From an uncultured Actinomycetota bacterium (lineage in GTDB: Bacteria; Actinomycetota; Actinomycetes; Actinomycetales; Demequinaceae): a DNA stretch of 64,000 nt. The stretch covers positions 279,292 to 343,291 of the forward strand of contig CAVUPQ010000004.1 of assembly GCA_963743485.1 (NCBI GenBank), given 5' to 3'. Position numbers and translations under genes: made by a program. Positions within the stretch are counted from its first letter, which is position 1; every line of letters begins with the position of its first letter. The notes under the pieces were generated by a model. That model did no database searches, was not told the origin of the DNA, and saw only the letters and a program-made list of their open reading frames with translations. Of this stretch, positions 10,780 to 20,956 are shown piece by piece.

Positions 10780-11921
10780 CCCGGATCCGTACCCCGATAC
10801 AGCGCCTCGATTCGGGGACCGACGGCCGTGATGTCGAACTCCCGCACACGCTCGGACTGCGCCGCCCTGATCTCGACGCGAAGCGCCTCGTCGTCGATCA
10901 GGCGAGCGAGCTTCGAGGCGAAGCCGGCCGTGTCCCGCGGATCGACGAGCGTCTCGGGACGGTCGCCAAGGACGCTGCGATAGCCGGGATTGTCGCCTCC
11001 CACGACGACGCCGGCGCCGCTCGCCATCGCTTCGGTGAGGACGATTCCGAAGCTCTCGCCTCCGGAGGCGGGGAAGACGGCAATGTCAGCGGCTCCGTAG
11101 AACGCGGCCTTCTCTTCTTCGGGCACGAAGCCCGACATCGTCGACCACTCCGCCGAGCCCGTGCGCATCGATCAGGCGCTCGACCTCCGCGGCCAGCGGC
11201 CCGCGCCCCCCGACCGTCACTCGGATTCGGGCACGGACCTCCGGGGCGAGGGCTCCGACCGCCTCGACGAGCTCGACGGCGCCCTTGCGCTGCACGAGGC
11301 GCCCCAGGAAGGCGAGGCTGCACGACGTCGTCGGCGCCGCGCGCGCGGACGGACGCGGCGCCCGCGGCCGCCAGGGCGGCGACATCGATCGGATTGCCGA
11401 TGACGGTCGATTCGATGCGAAACGACCCGGCGAGCGAAGTCCGCGGCCGGCGCCGACACCGCGCAGAAGCGGTCAAACGCCCCGAGGTTCCTGCGCAGCA
11501 GGAGCCCGAGGAGCCGGGTGGCGACCGCCGCGACGCGGCCGACCGGGAGGATGTGGAAGGTCCCGACGATCGCTACGGCGCCGCCCTGGACGCGGCGCGC
11601 CTGACGCACGAGCCGCGCCGAGAAGAGCGGCGAGTGGGGCATCTGGACGTGGATGACGTCAAAGCGTTCGCGCGCGATGAACTCTCGCAAGAGTCGGCGC
11701 GACGCGATCCGCGGAATCCTCAGACCATTGCCGTTGAAGGTGACGGGAATGTTGTCGACGAGCGAGTGGAGCGTCCCCGCCAGGTCGGTGCGGCTCGCGT
11801 CGGAGCAGACGTAGTGAACGTCGTGGCCCGCCGACGCGAGGTAGGCGCCGACGCCGATGACGTATTGCTGAACGCCGTCGGGGCGGTCGAGGCTGTCGTC
11901 GATGACGAGCGCGACCTTCAT
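10776..11921 (-). pseudogene. glycosyltransferase family 4 (GT-B, PimA/MgtA-like), frameshifted
   Basis: The N-terminus MKVALVIDDSLDRPDGVQQYVIGVGAYLASAGHDVHYV lies in ORF 11217..11921. The middle part (VQRKGAVELVEAV...) lies in 11086..11385. The C-terminus FPASGGESFGIVLTEAMASGAGVVVGGDNPGY (E-x7-E region) lies in 10776..11168. At least 2 frame changes. Confidence 0.8.
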
Positions 11922-11925
11922 CCGC

Positions 11926-12816
11926 CTAGACCCCCGCGTACGAGTGAAGGCCCTGGAAGACCAGGTTCACGAGCGTGAAGTTGAGGATGATCGCGCCGAA
12001 TCCCACGAGCGCGAGCGTCGAGGCCCTGCGGCCCTGCCAGCCCTGCGTCGTCCTCGCGTGCAGGTACGCCGCGTAGATGACCCAGACGACGAAGGACCAG
12101 ATTTCCTTGGGGTCCCAGCCCCAGTAGCGACCCCACGCGTGCTCCGCCCAGATCGCGCCCGCCATCACGGTGAAGGTCCACAGGATGAAACCGACGGCGT
12201 TGAGTCGGAACGCGAGCGCCTCGAGCGCTCGGGGCTCCGGCGTGGTGTCGAGGCGTCGCCAGGCCCTACGCGAGAAGAATGGGGAGCCCCCGTCGCGCGC
12301 CGCCCGGGCGAGCTGGATGAGCGTCGCGAGGAAGCCGACGGAGAAGATCCCCGTCGCGATGGTCGCGACGGAGACGTGGATCGCGAGCCAGGCGCTCTGG
12401 AGCGCGGGCTGCAGGGTGGTCGCCTCGCGGTACAGCACCGCGAGCGCGAGGCCGAGCGCGATCGTCGCCATTCCGGTGACGGCGGGGCCGAGCCACGCGA
12501 CGTCCCGCACCCGCTGCACGATGACGAACGCCACCACCGCCGCGAACGAGAAGGTGATCGTGAACTCGTACATCGTCGACCACGGCACGTGGCCAGCGTC
12601 GATCCCTCGCGCCACGAGGCCGACGGCGTGGAGCCCCAGTCCGACGGTGGTGCTTGAGCGGGCGATCCCGGCCGCGCGATCGCTCACGGGAGCCGGGGAC
12701 CCCGCGGCCTTCGCGTCGGCGACCCTGGCGAGGCGCACGGAGGACGCGACGAGCGCAATCGCGTAGAGGGCGGCGGCGCCGTAGAGCGCGGCGACGCTGA
12801 CGTTCTGTGGATCCAC
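11926..12816 (-). CDS. ccsB: c-type cytochrome biogenesis protein CcsB (ResC)
   Basis: Intact 296-aa polytopic ORF with the Trp-rich heme-handling motif WGRYWGWDPKEIWSFVVW. Directly downstream of resB. Confidence 0.92.
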   Translation of the reverse strand: MDPQNVSVAALYGAAALYAIALVASSVRLARVADAKAAGSPAPVSDRAAGIARSSTTVGLGLHAVGLVARGIDAGHVPWSTMYEFTITFSFAAVVAFVIVQRVRDVAWLGPAVTGMATIALGLALAVLYREATTLQPALQSAWLAIHVSVATIATGIFSVGFLATLIQLARAARDGGSPFFSRRAWRRLDTTPEPRALEALAFRLNAVGFILWTFTVMAGAIWAEHAWGRYWGWDPKEIWSFVVWVIYAAYLHARTTQGWQGRRASTLALVGFGAIILNFTLVNLVFQGLHSYAGV

Positions 12817-12825
12817 GCGCCCTCC

Positions 12826-14415
12826 CTAGTGCCCTGCCGCGGCGATGACGCGATCGACGACGGCGCGCAGCCCCTCGTCCTGGGGCGGTCCGACGGCTGC
12901 CGCGGTCACCACTGTAGTTCCGTCGGCTTGCGACGCCACAACCCAGACGCGACGCTGACCGGAGAAGAGCGACCCCGCGAGGCCGAGGAGGGCGAGGATG
13001 GCGGACGCGAGGAGCCACGGAAGCGTGGGGTCGGACCGGAGGTCGAACGCCGCGAAGCGCGGGAGCGCATCCCACGTCACGGTGCCGAGGCCCCCGGGAA
13101 GTTCGACCGTCTGGCCGGGCGTGATCACGAAGACCTCGGGCTGGCCGTCGGGGCCGCGCACGGGCGACAGATGCGTGTCGTCGAGGACGTAGACGTTCTG
13201 AGGAATCCCCTCGTCGAGACCCAGGTCGCCGGTCCACGCCTGGAAGACGATGACGGGGTTGAGCGGCTCGGGAGAGAGCGACACGGGCGAGTCTCCCGCG
13301 AGCGAAGCCGTGGGGAGCAGCGTCGCGCGGATCCCGATCTGGGGTCCCGCGGCGACGTCCGGCACCTTCAGCACTCCCGTGGACGTGTAGGCCGAGTCTT
13401 GGGGAAGGAACGGGACTGGCCCCGAAAGCGCGACCGCTCCCGTCGAGTCTCGGACGGTGAGAGCGGGGGCGTAGCCGTTGCCCTGGAGGTAGACGTTCGC
13501 GCCGGCGACGCCGAGGGGCTCGTTGACCCTGACGGTCACGTCGCGAGGCGCCCGACCGGGCTCGGCGAGGGTCACGTCCGCGCGGAAGTCCGTCGCGCGC
13601 CCGTCGGCGGCGAACTCCGCGTGGAAGGCATCGAGCGTCAACGTGAACGGCTCGAGGCTCTCGGCGCGGAACCCGCGCCCCGACGAGAACGAGTCGTACG
13701 AGACGACGGCGTTGGTGAAGGAGCGCCCCTCGACGAGGATCGCCTGGCCCCTGTACGTCAGGAACGAGCCGAGCGCGACGCACGCGAGGATCCCGACGAG
13801 GGCGAGGTGAAACGCCAGATTCCCCCACTCCCGCAATCGACCCGACTCGGCCGCGAGCGCGAGCTCGGCGCGCCCGCGAACCTCGCGCTCGTCCACGCGC
13901 ACGCGATACCCAGCGACGGAGGCGAAGGCTCCTCGCCACCCGGCGGGGGCAAGCGCCGACCGCGCGCGCGCGATCGCCGCCGTGGCGTCGCTCGCGGACG
14001 TGCTGGCGCGGACGTCGTAGCGCGCGAGGGACCGCGGGGCGGCCGACGGCGGGGCGCCGAGCGTGCGCGCGTGGGCGATGGTGCGAGGAACGATGCAGCC
14101 GATGAGCGAGGCGAAGAGGAGGAGGTAGATCGCGGTGAACCACGCGGAGCCGAAGACGTCGAACAGCCCAAGCCGGTCGAGGACGCCCGAGACGGAGCCG
14201 TGGTCCTCGACGTAGGCGGCGACCGCCGCCGGGTTCCGAGGGCGCTGCGGCAGGACGGAGGCGGGAATGGCTCCGACTCCCAAGAGGAGGAGCAGGATCA
14301 GCGCGACCCTCATCGACGTGACCTGGCGCCACGACCACCGGAGCCAGCCGCGCGGGCCGAGCCTCGGCGCGTCGGCGACGGCGTAGTTGTCCAGTTTCAA
14401 CCGGCGCGGCGTCAT
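12826..14415 (-). CDS. resB: cytochrome c biogenesis protein ResB (CcsA partner)
   Basis: ORF 12826..14472. The start at 14415 (MTPRRLKLDNYAV...) abuts the ccdA stop. N-terminal TM helices plus a large extracytoplasmic domain, with typical ResB N-terminus WLRWSWRQVTSMRVALILLLLLG. Intact. Confidence 0.9.
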   Translation of the reverse strand: MTPRRLKLDNYAVADAPRLGPRGWLRWSWRQVTSMRVALILLLLLGVGAIPASVLPQRPRNPAAVAAYVEDHGSVSGVLDRLGLFDVFGSAWFTAIYLLLFASLIGCIVPRTIAHARTLGAPPSAAPRSLARYDVRASTSASDATAAIARARSALAPAGWRGAFASVAGYRVRVDEREVRGRAELALAAESGRLREWGNLAFHLALVGILACVALGSFLTYRGQAILVEGRSFTNAVVSYDSFSSGRGFRAESLEPFTLTLDAFHAEFAADGRATDFRADVTLAEPGRAPRDVTVRVNEPLGVAGANVYLQGNGYAPALTVRDSTGAVALSGPVPFLPQDSAYTSTGVLKVPDVAAGPQIGIRATLLPTASLAGDSPVSLSPEPLNPVIVFQAWTGDLGLDEGIPQNVYVLDDTHLSPVRGPDGQPEVFVITPGQTVELPGGLGTVTWDALPRFAAFDLRSDPTLPWLLASAILALLGLAGSLFSGQRRVWVVASQADGTTVVTAAAVGPPQDEGLRAVVDRVIAAAGH

Positions 14416-15179
14416 AGGGCGACCCACGACCCGTCGATCCACCCCTGGATCGCGTTCGCGATGCTCTGCCACGCGCCCGTGACGAGCAGCGCGCCGAGCA
14501 GCACGAGGAGCGCTCCCCCCACCCTCATCAGGGCGACGCGGTGCCGGCGGAGCGCGGCGAGGAGGGCGGCGGACCGCCCCATGAGGAGGGCGACAAGGAC
14601 GAACGGGAGCCCAAGTCCGAGCGAGTAGGCGACCGCAAGCGTGGCCCCCCGCGCGACGGTCGCGTCATCGAGCGCGAGGGCCGCGACGGCGCCGAGCGTC
14701 GGGCCGATGCATGGCGTCCACCCGAACCCGAAGGCCGCTCCCAGCAGCGGCGCCCCCGCGAGCCCCGCCCTGGGTCGCAGCCGAATGCGCGCCTCGCCGT
14801 CGAGAAACGGCACGGCGCCCATGAAGACTAGGCCCATGACGATCACGACGCCGCCGAGGACGCGCACGAGCACGTCGGAGCGGGAGGCGAGTGCCGCGCC
14901 CGCGAACGAGAGCCCGGTGAGAAGCGCGACGAAGACGGCGGTGAACCCGAGGACGAAGAGCACCGCGCCAAGCACGAGGCGCGGCCGCGTCGCTTCCCTC
15001 CCGTCCGAGTCCGCCCCCGCCATCCCCGTGACGTAGGCGAGGAAGCTCGGCACGAGGGGCACGACGCACGGCGACGCGAACGACACAAGCCCGGCGAGGA
15101 ACGCGACGGCGACGGCGGCGACAAGCGAGCCGCTCAGGGCGGTCGAGGCGAACGACTCGGCGACGCGCGCGTCGGTCAC
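14412..15179 (-). CDS. ccdA: cytochrome c biogenesis thiol-disulfide transporter CcdA
   Basis: Within ORF 14412..15503; GTG start at 15179 (VTDARVAESF...). Conserved Cys motifs FASPCVVPLVP and GWTPCIGPTLG. Intact, with a 4-nt overlap with the upstream gene. Confidence 0.9.
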   Translation of the reverse strand: MTDARVAESFASTALSGSLVAAVAVAFLAGLVSFASPCVVPLVPSFLAYVTGMAGADSDGREATRPRLVLGAVLFVLGFTAVFVALLTGLSFAGAALASRSDVLVRVLGGVVIVMGLVFMGAVPFLDGEARIRLRPRAGLAGAPLLGAAFGFGWTPCIGPTLGAVAALALDDATVARGATLAVAYSLGLGLPFVLVALLMGRSAALLAALRRHRVALMRVGGALLVLLGALLVTGAWQSIANAIQGWIDGSWVAL

Positions 15180-15727
15180 GACGAACCCGCCACCTCGTCG
15201 ATGAGCGCCGAGAGCGTCGAGGGATCCGCGCGCCCGATGACGCGGGCGGCGACGCGCCCCTCGGGGTCGAGCACGAGCGTCGTCGGCACAGCGTTGAGCG
15301 CGACGAGCCCTTGGAGGGCGGCGATCGCGCGGCCGTCCTCGTCGTTGACCGTCGGGTAGTCGATCGAGAACGTCCGCTCGAATGCGAGCGCGGTTCCCTC
15401 GTCGTCCCTGCCGTTCACGCCCACGACCTGGACGTCGGGACGGGCGTCGACCGCCGCGAGGTCCGGGGCCTCCGCGCGACACGGCGGGCATGCGGCGTAC
15501 CACGTGTTGAGCACGACCACCTGCCCCCGGAACGAGGCGAGGTCGACGCTCGAGCCGCCGAAGGCGGTCCCCGACAGCGCGACGGGCTCCCCACGCTCGT
15601 CGGGCGACCAGGTCGTCACCGTCCCGTCGCCGGAGACGTAGCCGGTGTCCACGCTCCCCGTCCCGCTCACGCAGGCAGTGAGGGCGAGGACCGCCGCGAT
15701 CATCGCGGCGGCGAGGAGGCGCCTCAC
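15176..15727 (-). CDS. TlpA/ResA-like thioredoxin-fold lipoprotein (thiol-disulfide oxidoreductase)
   Basis: Within ORF 15176..16006; GTG start at 15727 (VRRLLAAAMIAAVLALTAC, lipobox). CxxC active site WYAACPPCRAEAP. First gene of the cytochrome c maturation operon, with a GTGA overlap with the upstream histidine phosphatase. Confidence 0.85.
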   Translation of the reverse strand: MRRLLAAAMIAAVLALTACVSGTGSVDTGYVSGDGTVTTWSPDERGEPVALSGTAFGGSSVDLASFRGQVVVLNTWYAACPPCRAEAPDLAAVDARPDVQVVGVNGRDDEGTALAFERTFSIDYPTVNDEDGRAIAALQGLVALNAVPTTLVLDPEGRVAARVIGRADPSTLSALIDEVAGSS

Positions 15728-16344
15728 CGCGGCACCTTGATGTCGGCGGCAGGCTCCGCGTACTCGACCCCCACGATCGCGCCGTCGTCGACCGTCAGGC
15801 TCGTGACGGACGCAAGGGAGCATTGCCTCGCGGACGGGTGGTGGGCGAGGCCGCGGCCCTCCGCCGCGAGCCTCGTCACCCAGATCGGAAGCTGGTGGCT
15901 CACCATCACGGTGTCGCGCGACGGCTCGGCCGCGGCGGCATCCATGACGGCGGCGGTGACCCGGGCCCGCTGATCGTCGTAGGGCTCGCCCCACGACGGG
16001 CGCCACGGGTTGCGCACGCGCCAGAGGGTCCGCGGGTCGAGCGCAAGCCTCCAGATCGGGTGAATGCGCCGGCCCTCCCAGACGTTGGCCGATTCGATGA
16101 TCCGCTCGTCGGTGTCGACGTCGCGCCCGAGGGCACGGGCGATCGCCTCCGCGGTCTGCTGCGCCCGCAGCAACGGGGAGGCGACGACGCGCGCGATGTC
16201 CCAGCCGGACGTCGCCAAGAAATCCGCGGTCGCCTCCGCCATACGCTCGCCGGTGTCGGAGAGGCGGAAGCCCGGCAGTCGCCCATACAGGACGCCCTCG
16301 GGGTTGTGGACGTGGCCGTGGCGAACCAGGTGGACAACGGGCAT
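15724..16344 (-). CDS. histidine phosphatase family protein (phosphoglycerate mutase-like)
   Basis: Intact 206-aa ORF with the RHG motif VHLVRHGHV and SPLLRAQQTA. Confidence 0.85.
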   Translation of the reverse strand: MPVVHLVRHGHVHNPEGVLYGRLPGFRLSDTGERMAEATADFLATSGWDIARVVASPLLRAQQTAEAIARALGRDVDTDERIIESANVWEGRRIHPIWRLALDPRTLWRVRNPWRPSWGEPYDDQRARVTAAVMDAAAAEPSRDTVMVSHQLPIWVTRLAAEGRGLAHHPSARQCSLASVTSLTVDDGAIVGVEYAEPAADIKVPR

Positions 16345-16377
16345 GGCCCTAGTCTCCCAAACCCGCGGGCCGCGCGC

Positions 16378-16626
16378 TTACGCGAGCGCGGCGGCGAGCC
16401 GATCGCGGTCGATCACCCAGAATCCTCGCCTCACGCCGTCGACGACCACGACCGGGACGAAGTCCCCGTGTTCGGCGCGGGCCGCGGCGTCGTGGTCGAC
16501 GTCGACCTCGTCGAACGCGAGGCCCGCCTCGGAGCACACCGACGCGACGAGGTCGCGCGCCTCGTCGCACAAGTGGCAACCGCCGCGCGTGTAGAGAACG
16601 ACGCGCGCGGGGGCAACGGAGGACAT
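16378..16626 (-). CDS. glutaredoxin family protein
   Basis: Intact 82-aa ORF with the CxxC motif YTRGGCHLCDEA and a thioredoxin-fold length. Confidence 0.85.
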   Translation of the reverse strand: MSSVAPARVVLYTRGGCHLCDEARDLVASVCSEAGLAFDEVDVDHDAAARAEHGDFVPVVVVDGVRRGFWVIDRDRLAAALA

Positions 16627-16677
16627 GACGCGACCCTACGTCAAGGCCGCCGCCACCCCATAGGTAGGGTGGGACCC

Positions 16678-17727
16678 GTGACGCCGACGGACACCAGCCG
16701 GGCGAAGGATGGCCACGCGAGCATCGCCGCCTTCTTCGACGTCGACAACACGATCATCCGCGGCGCGAGCGCGTATCACATCGCTCGCGGACTGCGCCGC
16801 CGCGGGTTCTTCACCCGCCGCGACGTCATCGGCTTCGCGTGGGAGCAACTCAAGTACCTCGTATTCGGCGAGACCAAGCAGCAGATGAACGACTTGCGCG
16901 AGGAGGCGCTCTCGATCATCAAGGGGTGGAGCGTCGCGGAAATGACGTCCATCGCGGAAGACGTCTACGACGAGGTCCTCGCGCTGCGCATCTTTCCCGG
17001 GACCAAGAAGATCCTTGACGGCCACCTGCAGCAAGGCCACGAGGTGTGGCTGGTCACCGCGTCCCCGGTCGAGGTCGGGAGGATGATCGCCCGGCGCCTC
17101 GGCGCCACCGGCGCCCTCGGCACGGTCGCCGAGCACAAGCGCGGCTACTACACGGGGGCCCTCGTCGGCGACCTCATGCATGGGGAGAACAAGGCACACG
17201 CGGCGCGGCAACTCGCGAGGGAGCGTGACATCAGCCTCGCGCACTCGTACGGCTACGGCGACTCGCTCAACGACGTCCCGCTGCTCGAGACCGTCGGGAA
17301 TCCGTGCGCCATCAATCCCGACTTGCGCCTACGCCGATACGCCAAGCATCGGGGATGGGACCTTCGCGACTTCCGGGGACGCAAGGGCAACGGCAGGCGA
17401 AGCATCGCTGCGCGGACGACGGCGGGTGCCCTGTGGGCGTTCCTCGCGGTGCTCCGCGTGCTCAAGCGCACGATCGTCGGCGCCATTCGCGGGAGTCTGG
17501 CGGGGGCTCCTCCGCCGTCGCTAGGGGTACGACGAACGGGCGCGGTTCCCTACTTCTTGTTGCGGCGCTGGTGGCGCGTCTTCCGAAGGAGCTTGCGGTG
17601 CTTCTTCTTCGACATGCGCTTGCGACGCTTCTTAATGACGGAACCCACGAGACCTCATTCTTCGGGCTGGACGTATCTGGCGTTCCTCGCGGCGGCGTTC
17701 GACCAGGTCCGCGAGACGGCTCCCTAG
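16678..17727 (+). CDS. HAD-IB family hydrolase (SerB-like); 3' end probably read-through
   Basis: The GTG at 16678 is in frame within shadow ORF 15823..17727. HAD motifs [15 protein letters not shown]...[10 protein letters not shown]. The frame stays open to 17727, running antisense across the bS22 gene. The last 200 nt or so look non-genuine (a true stop or frame change is likely near 17520). Confidence 0.75.
   Translation: MTPTDTSRAKDGHASIAAFFDVDNTIIRGASAYHIARGLRRRGFFTRRDVIGFAWEQLKYLVFGETKQQMNDLREEALSIIKGWSVAEMTSIAEDVYDEVLALRIFPGTKKILDGHLQQGHEVWLVTASPVEVGRMIARRLGATGALGTVAEHKRGYYTGALVGDLMHGENKAHAARQLARERDISLAHSYGYGDSLNDVPLLETVGNPCAINPDLRLRRYAKHRGWDLRDFRGRKGNGRRSIAARTTAGALWAFLAVLRVLKRTIVGAIRGSLAGAPPPSLGVRRTGAVPYFLLRRWWRVFRRSLRCFFFDMRLRRFLMTEPTRPHSSGWTYLAFLAAAFDQVRETAP
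17550..17648 (-). CDS. 30S ribosomal protein bS22 (32 aa)
   Basis: Not in the ORF track because it is too short. The reverse strand reads (V)[31 protein letters not shown] then stop. This is the highly conserved actinobacterial bS22 microprotein, with its usual neighbour, an HTH gene, immediately upstream. Confidence 0.85.
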   Translation of the reverse strand: MGSVIKKRRKRMSKKKHRKLLRKTRHQRRNKK

Positions 17728-17964
17728 CCTACCGCGCCAGCGGAGCGCCCGTCGTCCTCTGCCGGGAAGTCCGCCCACGAGGGCGGCGTTCTCCATGAAC
17801 AGATCCACGGCCTGCTGCGGTACGCGGAACGAGCGGCCGAAGCGAACGGCGGGAAGGTCGCCCGCGTGCACCCAGCGGTAGACGGTCATCCGCGAGACGC
17901 GCAACATGTCCGCGACCTCAGCGACCGTGAGGAAGGTCATGCGGGGCGCGGGGCCGTCTGCCAT
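17632..17964 (-). CDS. helix-turn-helix (excisionase/MerR-like) DNA-binding protein
   Basis: The ATG at 17964 lies inside ORF 17632..18330: [53 protein letters not shown]. The tail after about residue 65 is Arg-rich and overlaps the bS22 start. The true stop may be earlier (a TAG in another frame near 17725). Confidence 0.75.
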   Translation of the reverse strand: MADGPAPRMTFLTVAEVADMLRVSRMTVYRWVHAGDLPAVRFGRSFRVPQQAVDLFMENAALVGGLPGRGRRALRWRGRLGSRLADLVERRREERQIRPARRMRSRGFRH

Positions 17965-18144
17965 GTCTGGTTCACATCCTTTGACGTCATTCACCGTGGC
18001 TATCGGCGCAACGTGTTCCCCACTGTAGGGGCTGTTGTGACGGATGTGAAGGGCGAGCAACGGCGGCGGGGTGGTGCACATCACGCGCGGCGCGCGGTGG
18101 CACAGTAGAACCGTTGAGGCGCGTCGGCGCCGCGAGGGAGTTGC

Positions 18145-19534
18145 ATGGACAGGCTTCGCCGGGCGCGCGCGGTCCTCCGCGAGCGGTTCGACGCGGTCGC
18201 GCTGCGATCGCCCGCGCGCCTCGCCATCGCCGCGTTCGCGTCGGTCGTGTGGGCGACGACGGCCCTCCTCGAGCTTCCCGTCGCCACCTCGGCCGGGATC
18301 AGGGCGCCCATTCGTCGACGCGCTCTTCACCGCGACATCGGCCGTGTGCGTGACGGGCCTCGACGACCGTCAACACAGGGACGTACTGGTCGCCAACCGG
18401 CCAGGCCGTCATCATCGTCGCGATCGCGATCGGCGGCCTCGGCATCATGACGATCGCGTCGCATGCTCGGCCTCGCGGCGTCTCGCGCAGGCTGGGGCTC
18501 ACTCAACGCATGCTCGCGGCCGAGGAGAGCCGCGCCTCAGGCCTCGGCGACGTGCGCTCCATGCTCCGCACCATCCTCGTCGTCTCCGCGATCGTCGAGG
18601 TCGGGAATCGCCTGCGGTCCTCTTTTCCCGCCTCCTCGCTACCACGGCTTCAGCGTGCCGCCACGCGGCGTGGCACTCGATCTTCTACGGCGTCTCGGCG
18701 TTCAACAACGCCGGATTCGTGCCCACGGAGGACGGCCTCGCCCCGTTCGCCGCGCGACGTCTGGGTCCGCGCGCCCATCGCCCTTGGGGTCTTCATTGGC
18801 GCGCTCGGCTTCCCGGTGTACCTCAACCTGATCCGGCGCTGGCGCCGCCCCCGCGACTGGTCGCTCCACACCAAACTCACCCTCGTCATGGTGTTCGTGC
18901 TGACGGGGATCTCGACGCTCTCCATCGCGCTTCTCGAGTGGAACAACCCCGCGACGCTCGGGCAGCACTCGGTGCTCGACGCGCCTGTCGGAGATCTTCT
19001 TCATCGGGATCAACCAGACGATCGGGCGGGTTCGCCGCGGTCTCGACCACGCCGGGATGCACGAGCACACGTGGCTCGTCGAGGACGTCCTGATGTTCAT
19101 CGGCGGAGGCTCGGGCGGCACCGCGGGCGGGATTCGGGTGACGACCTTCGCCGTGCTGCATCCTCGCGCTCGTCGCCGAGGTTCGGGGTCGACGCGACGT
19201 CGAGGCGTTCGGCAAGCGCATCGGCACCGAGGTCGTGCGTGTGGCCGTCTCGGTGACGCTCATCAGCCTGTTCATCGTCCTGCTCGGCGCGGGAATGGTC
19301 ACGGCGCAGACGGGGCTCAGGCTCGATCAGGTGCTGTTCGAGGTGGTCTCCGCGTACGCGACGTGCGGCCTGTCCACCGGGATCACCCCGTTCCTTCCCG
19401 CGTCCGCGAAGGTCACCATCACTATCCTGATGTTTGTCGGTCGCCTCGGGAGCGTCACCCTCGCCGCGGCCCTCGCGCTGAACCGTCAGCGGCGCGTCAT
19501 TCGGTACCCGTCAGAAAGGCCGATCATTGGCTAA
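18145..19534 (+). pseudogene. trkH: TrkH-family potassium uptake membrane protein, multiple frameshifts
   Basis: Fragments lie in three frames. N-terminus: MDRLRRARAVLRERFDAVALRSPARLAIAAFASVVWATTALLELPVATS. Then: FVDALFTATSAVCVTGL, AVIIVAIAIGGLGIMTIAS, APIALGVFIGALGFPVYLNLIRRW...HTKLTLVMVFVLTGISTLSIALLEWNN. C-terminus (ORF 19235..19534): FEVVSAYATCGLSTGIT...ILMFVGRLGSVTLAAAL. Confidence 0.85.
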
Positions 19535-20157
19535 CAAGGACACCGCAAACAGCGTCCTCGTCATCGGGCTCGGACGCTTCGGCTCGGCGCTCGCCGACAC
19601 CCTCGACAACCTCGACATCGAGGTACTCGCCGTCGAACGCGACCCCGACCTCGTCGAACGGTGGTCGAAGAGGCTTCCCGTCGTCGAGGCGGACGCCTCC
19701 GACCCCCGCGCGCTCGACCAGCTCGGCGCGAGCGACTTCTCCGCCGCCGTCGTGGGGGTCGGGACATCGCTCGAGGCGTCCGTCCTCATCACGGGCAACC
19801 TGGTCGACATCGGCATCCCCGAGATCTGGACCAAGGCCATCAGCACGGAGCACGCGCGCATCCTCGACGCGCATCGGCGCCCACCACATCGTCCTCCCGG
19901 AGACCGAGTCCGGGCGCAGGGTCGCGCACATCGTCGGCGGGCGGATGCTCGACTACATCGAGATCGAGGACGGGTTCACCGTCGTGAAGATGCGCCCGCC
20001 GCAGGAGACGCACGGCTTCACGCTCGACGAGCTCGCGCTCCAGGACAAGTACGGCGTCCACGTCATCGGCGTCAAGTCGCCCGGCGTCGAATTCGAGTAC
20101 GCGACGCCTCAGACGCGCATCCACAAGGACGACCTGCTCGTGCTCGCGGGCGACTAG
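19527..20157 (+). pseudogene. trkA: Trk system potassium uptake protein TrkA (RCK/NAD-binding), frameshifted
   Basis: ORF 19527..20354 starts MANKDTANSVLVIGLGRFGSALADTL (Rossmann fold). The frame is lost near 19870. The C-terminus RIGAHHIVLPETESGRRVAHIVGG...GVHVIGVKSPG...DDLLVLAGD is in the frame that ends at 20157. Overlaps the trkH stop by 8 nt. Confidence 0.85.
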
Positions 20158-20187
20158 CGAGCTCCTCGACCGCTTCGCGCAGCGCCC

Positions 20188-20956
20188 CTAGCCGGCTTTC
20201 GCGTACGGCCGGCCGAAGCCCGCCGCCCACCACCTCACGGGCACGAGCCGCGCCGCCTTCATCAAGGCCGCCATCGGCCACGGGAAGACGATCTCGAGGC
20301 GTCCGCGCTCCATGCCCCGGACGATCGCCCGGGCCGCGTCGCCCGTGTCGATGAGGAACGGCATGGGGAACTCATTCACCGCCGTCAGTTCGGTCCGCAC
20401 GAAACCCGGCGCGACCGTCGTCACCCGCACGCCGCGCGTCCACAGCGACGCCCTGAGCGACTCGAGAAGCGCAATCAGCGCCGCCTTCGTGGAGCCGTAG
20501 CCTTCGGCGCCCGGGAATCCCCGGAAGCCGGCGACCGACGCGACGCCGACCACGTGCCCGCGCCCGCCGCTCCACCATCGCGGGCAAGGTCGCGGCTAGG
20601 ACGTTGTTGAATCCCAGCAGGTTGACCTCGTAGTGGCGCGCGAAGGCCCCGGCGTCCCAGTCGCTCGCGTCGCTCTGCTTCCAGTAGGCGGCGCACCACA
20701 CCACGGTGTCGATGCCGCCGAGCTCCTGCGCAACCCGCGCGGCGGCGCTCGCGACCGCCGACGCGTCCGTGACGTCAACGGGCGCGACGACCATGCGCCC
20801 CTCCGAGACGCCGTCGAGGAGCTCGCGCCGCCTCCCGCTGATCGCGACGCTGGCCCCCCGGTCAGCAAGGAGCCGCGCGGTAGCCGCGCCGATGCCGCTC
20901 GACGCGCCGACGAACCAAATCCGCTGACCTTTCAGGTCGCGGGTCCAGGACTTCAC
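20188..20956 (-). pseudogene. SDR family oxidoreductase, frameshifted (last gene of 4-gene operon)
   Basis: GTG at 20956: VKSWTRDLKGQRIWFVGASSGIGAATARLLADRG (TGxxxGxG), in the frame of ORF 20372..22078. The frame changes near 20565. The rest is in ORF 20188..20553 (VGVASVAGFRGFPGAEGYGSTKAAL, YxxxK). GTGA overlap with the upstream gene. Confidence 0.8.

Noticed and set aside
9042-11978. 978-aa ORF on the plus strand (also 3248..5650, 800 aa; 12266..14338, 690 aa; 60959..63232, 757 aa; 40251..41216, the upstream part of the 771-aa ORF)
   Set aside because: These are typical high-GC shadow ORFs. Their translations are dominated by R/G/P/A runs with no domain-like segments, apart from short stretches where they coincide with a real gene (for example menA at 9255-9900). 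They lie antisense to, or out of frame with, genes that have clear family signatures.
17632-17964. Excisionase-family HTH gene as a possible marker of a mobile element
   Set aside because: It is the conserved housekeeping neighbour of the bS22 microgene in actinobacteria. No integrase, att-like repeats or phage genes are adjacent.
17965-18144. Possible c-di-AMP (ydaO-type) or other riboswitch in the 180-nt leader upstream of trkH
   Set aside because: I found only weak complementarity (ACTGT...ACAGT), and I could not match the conserved ydaO core from memory. This is not supportable without a covariance-model search.
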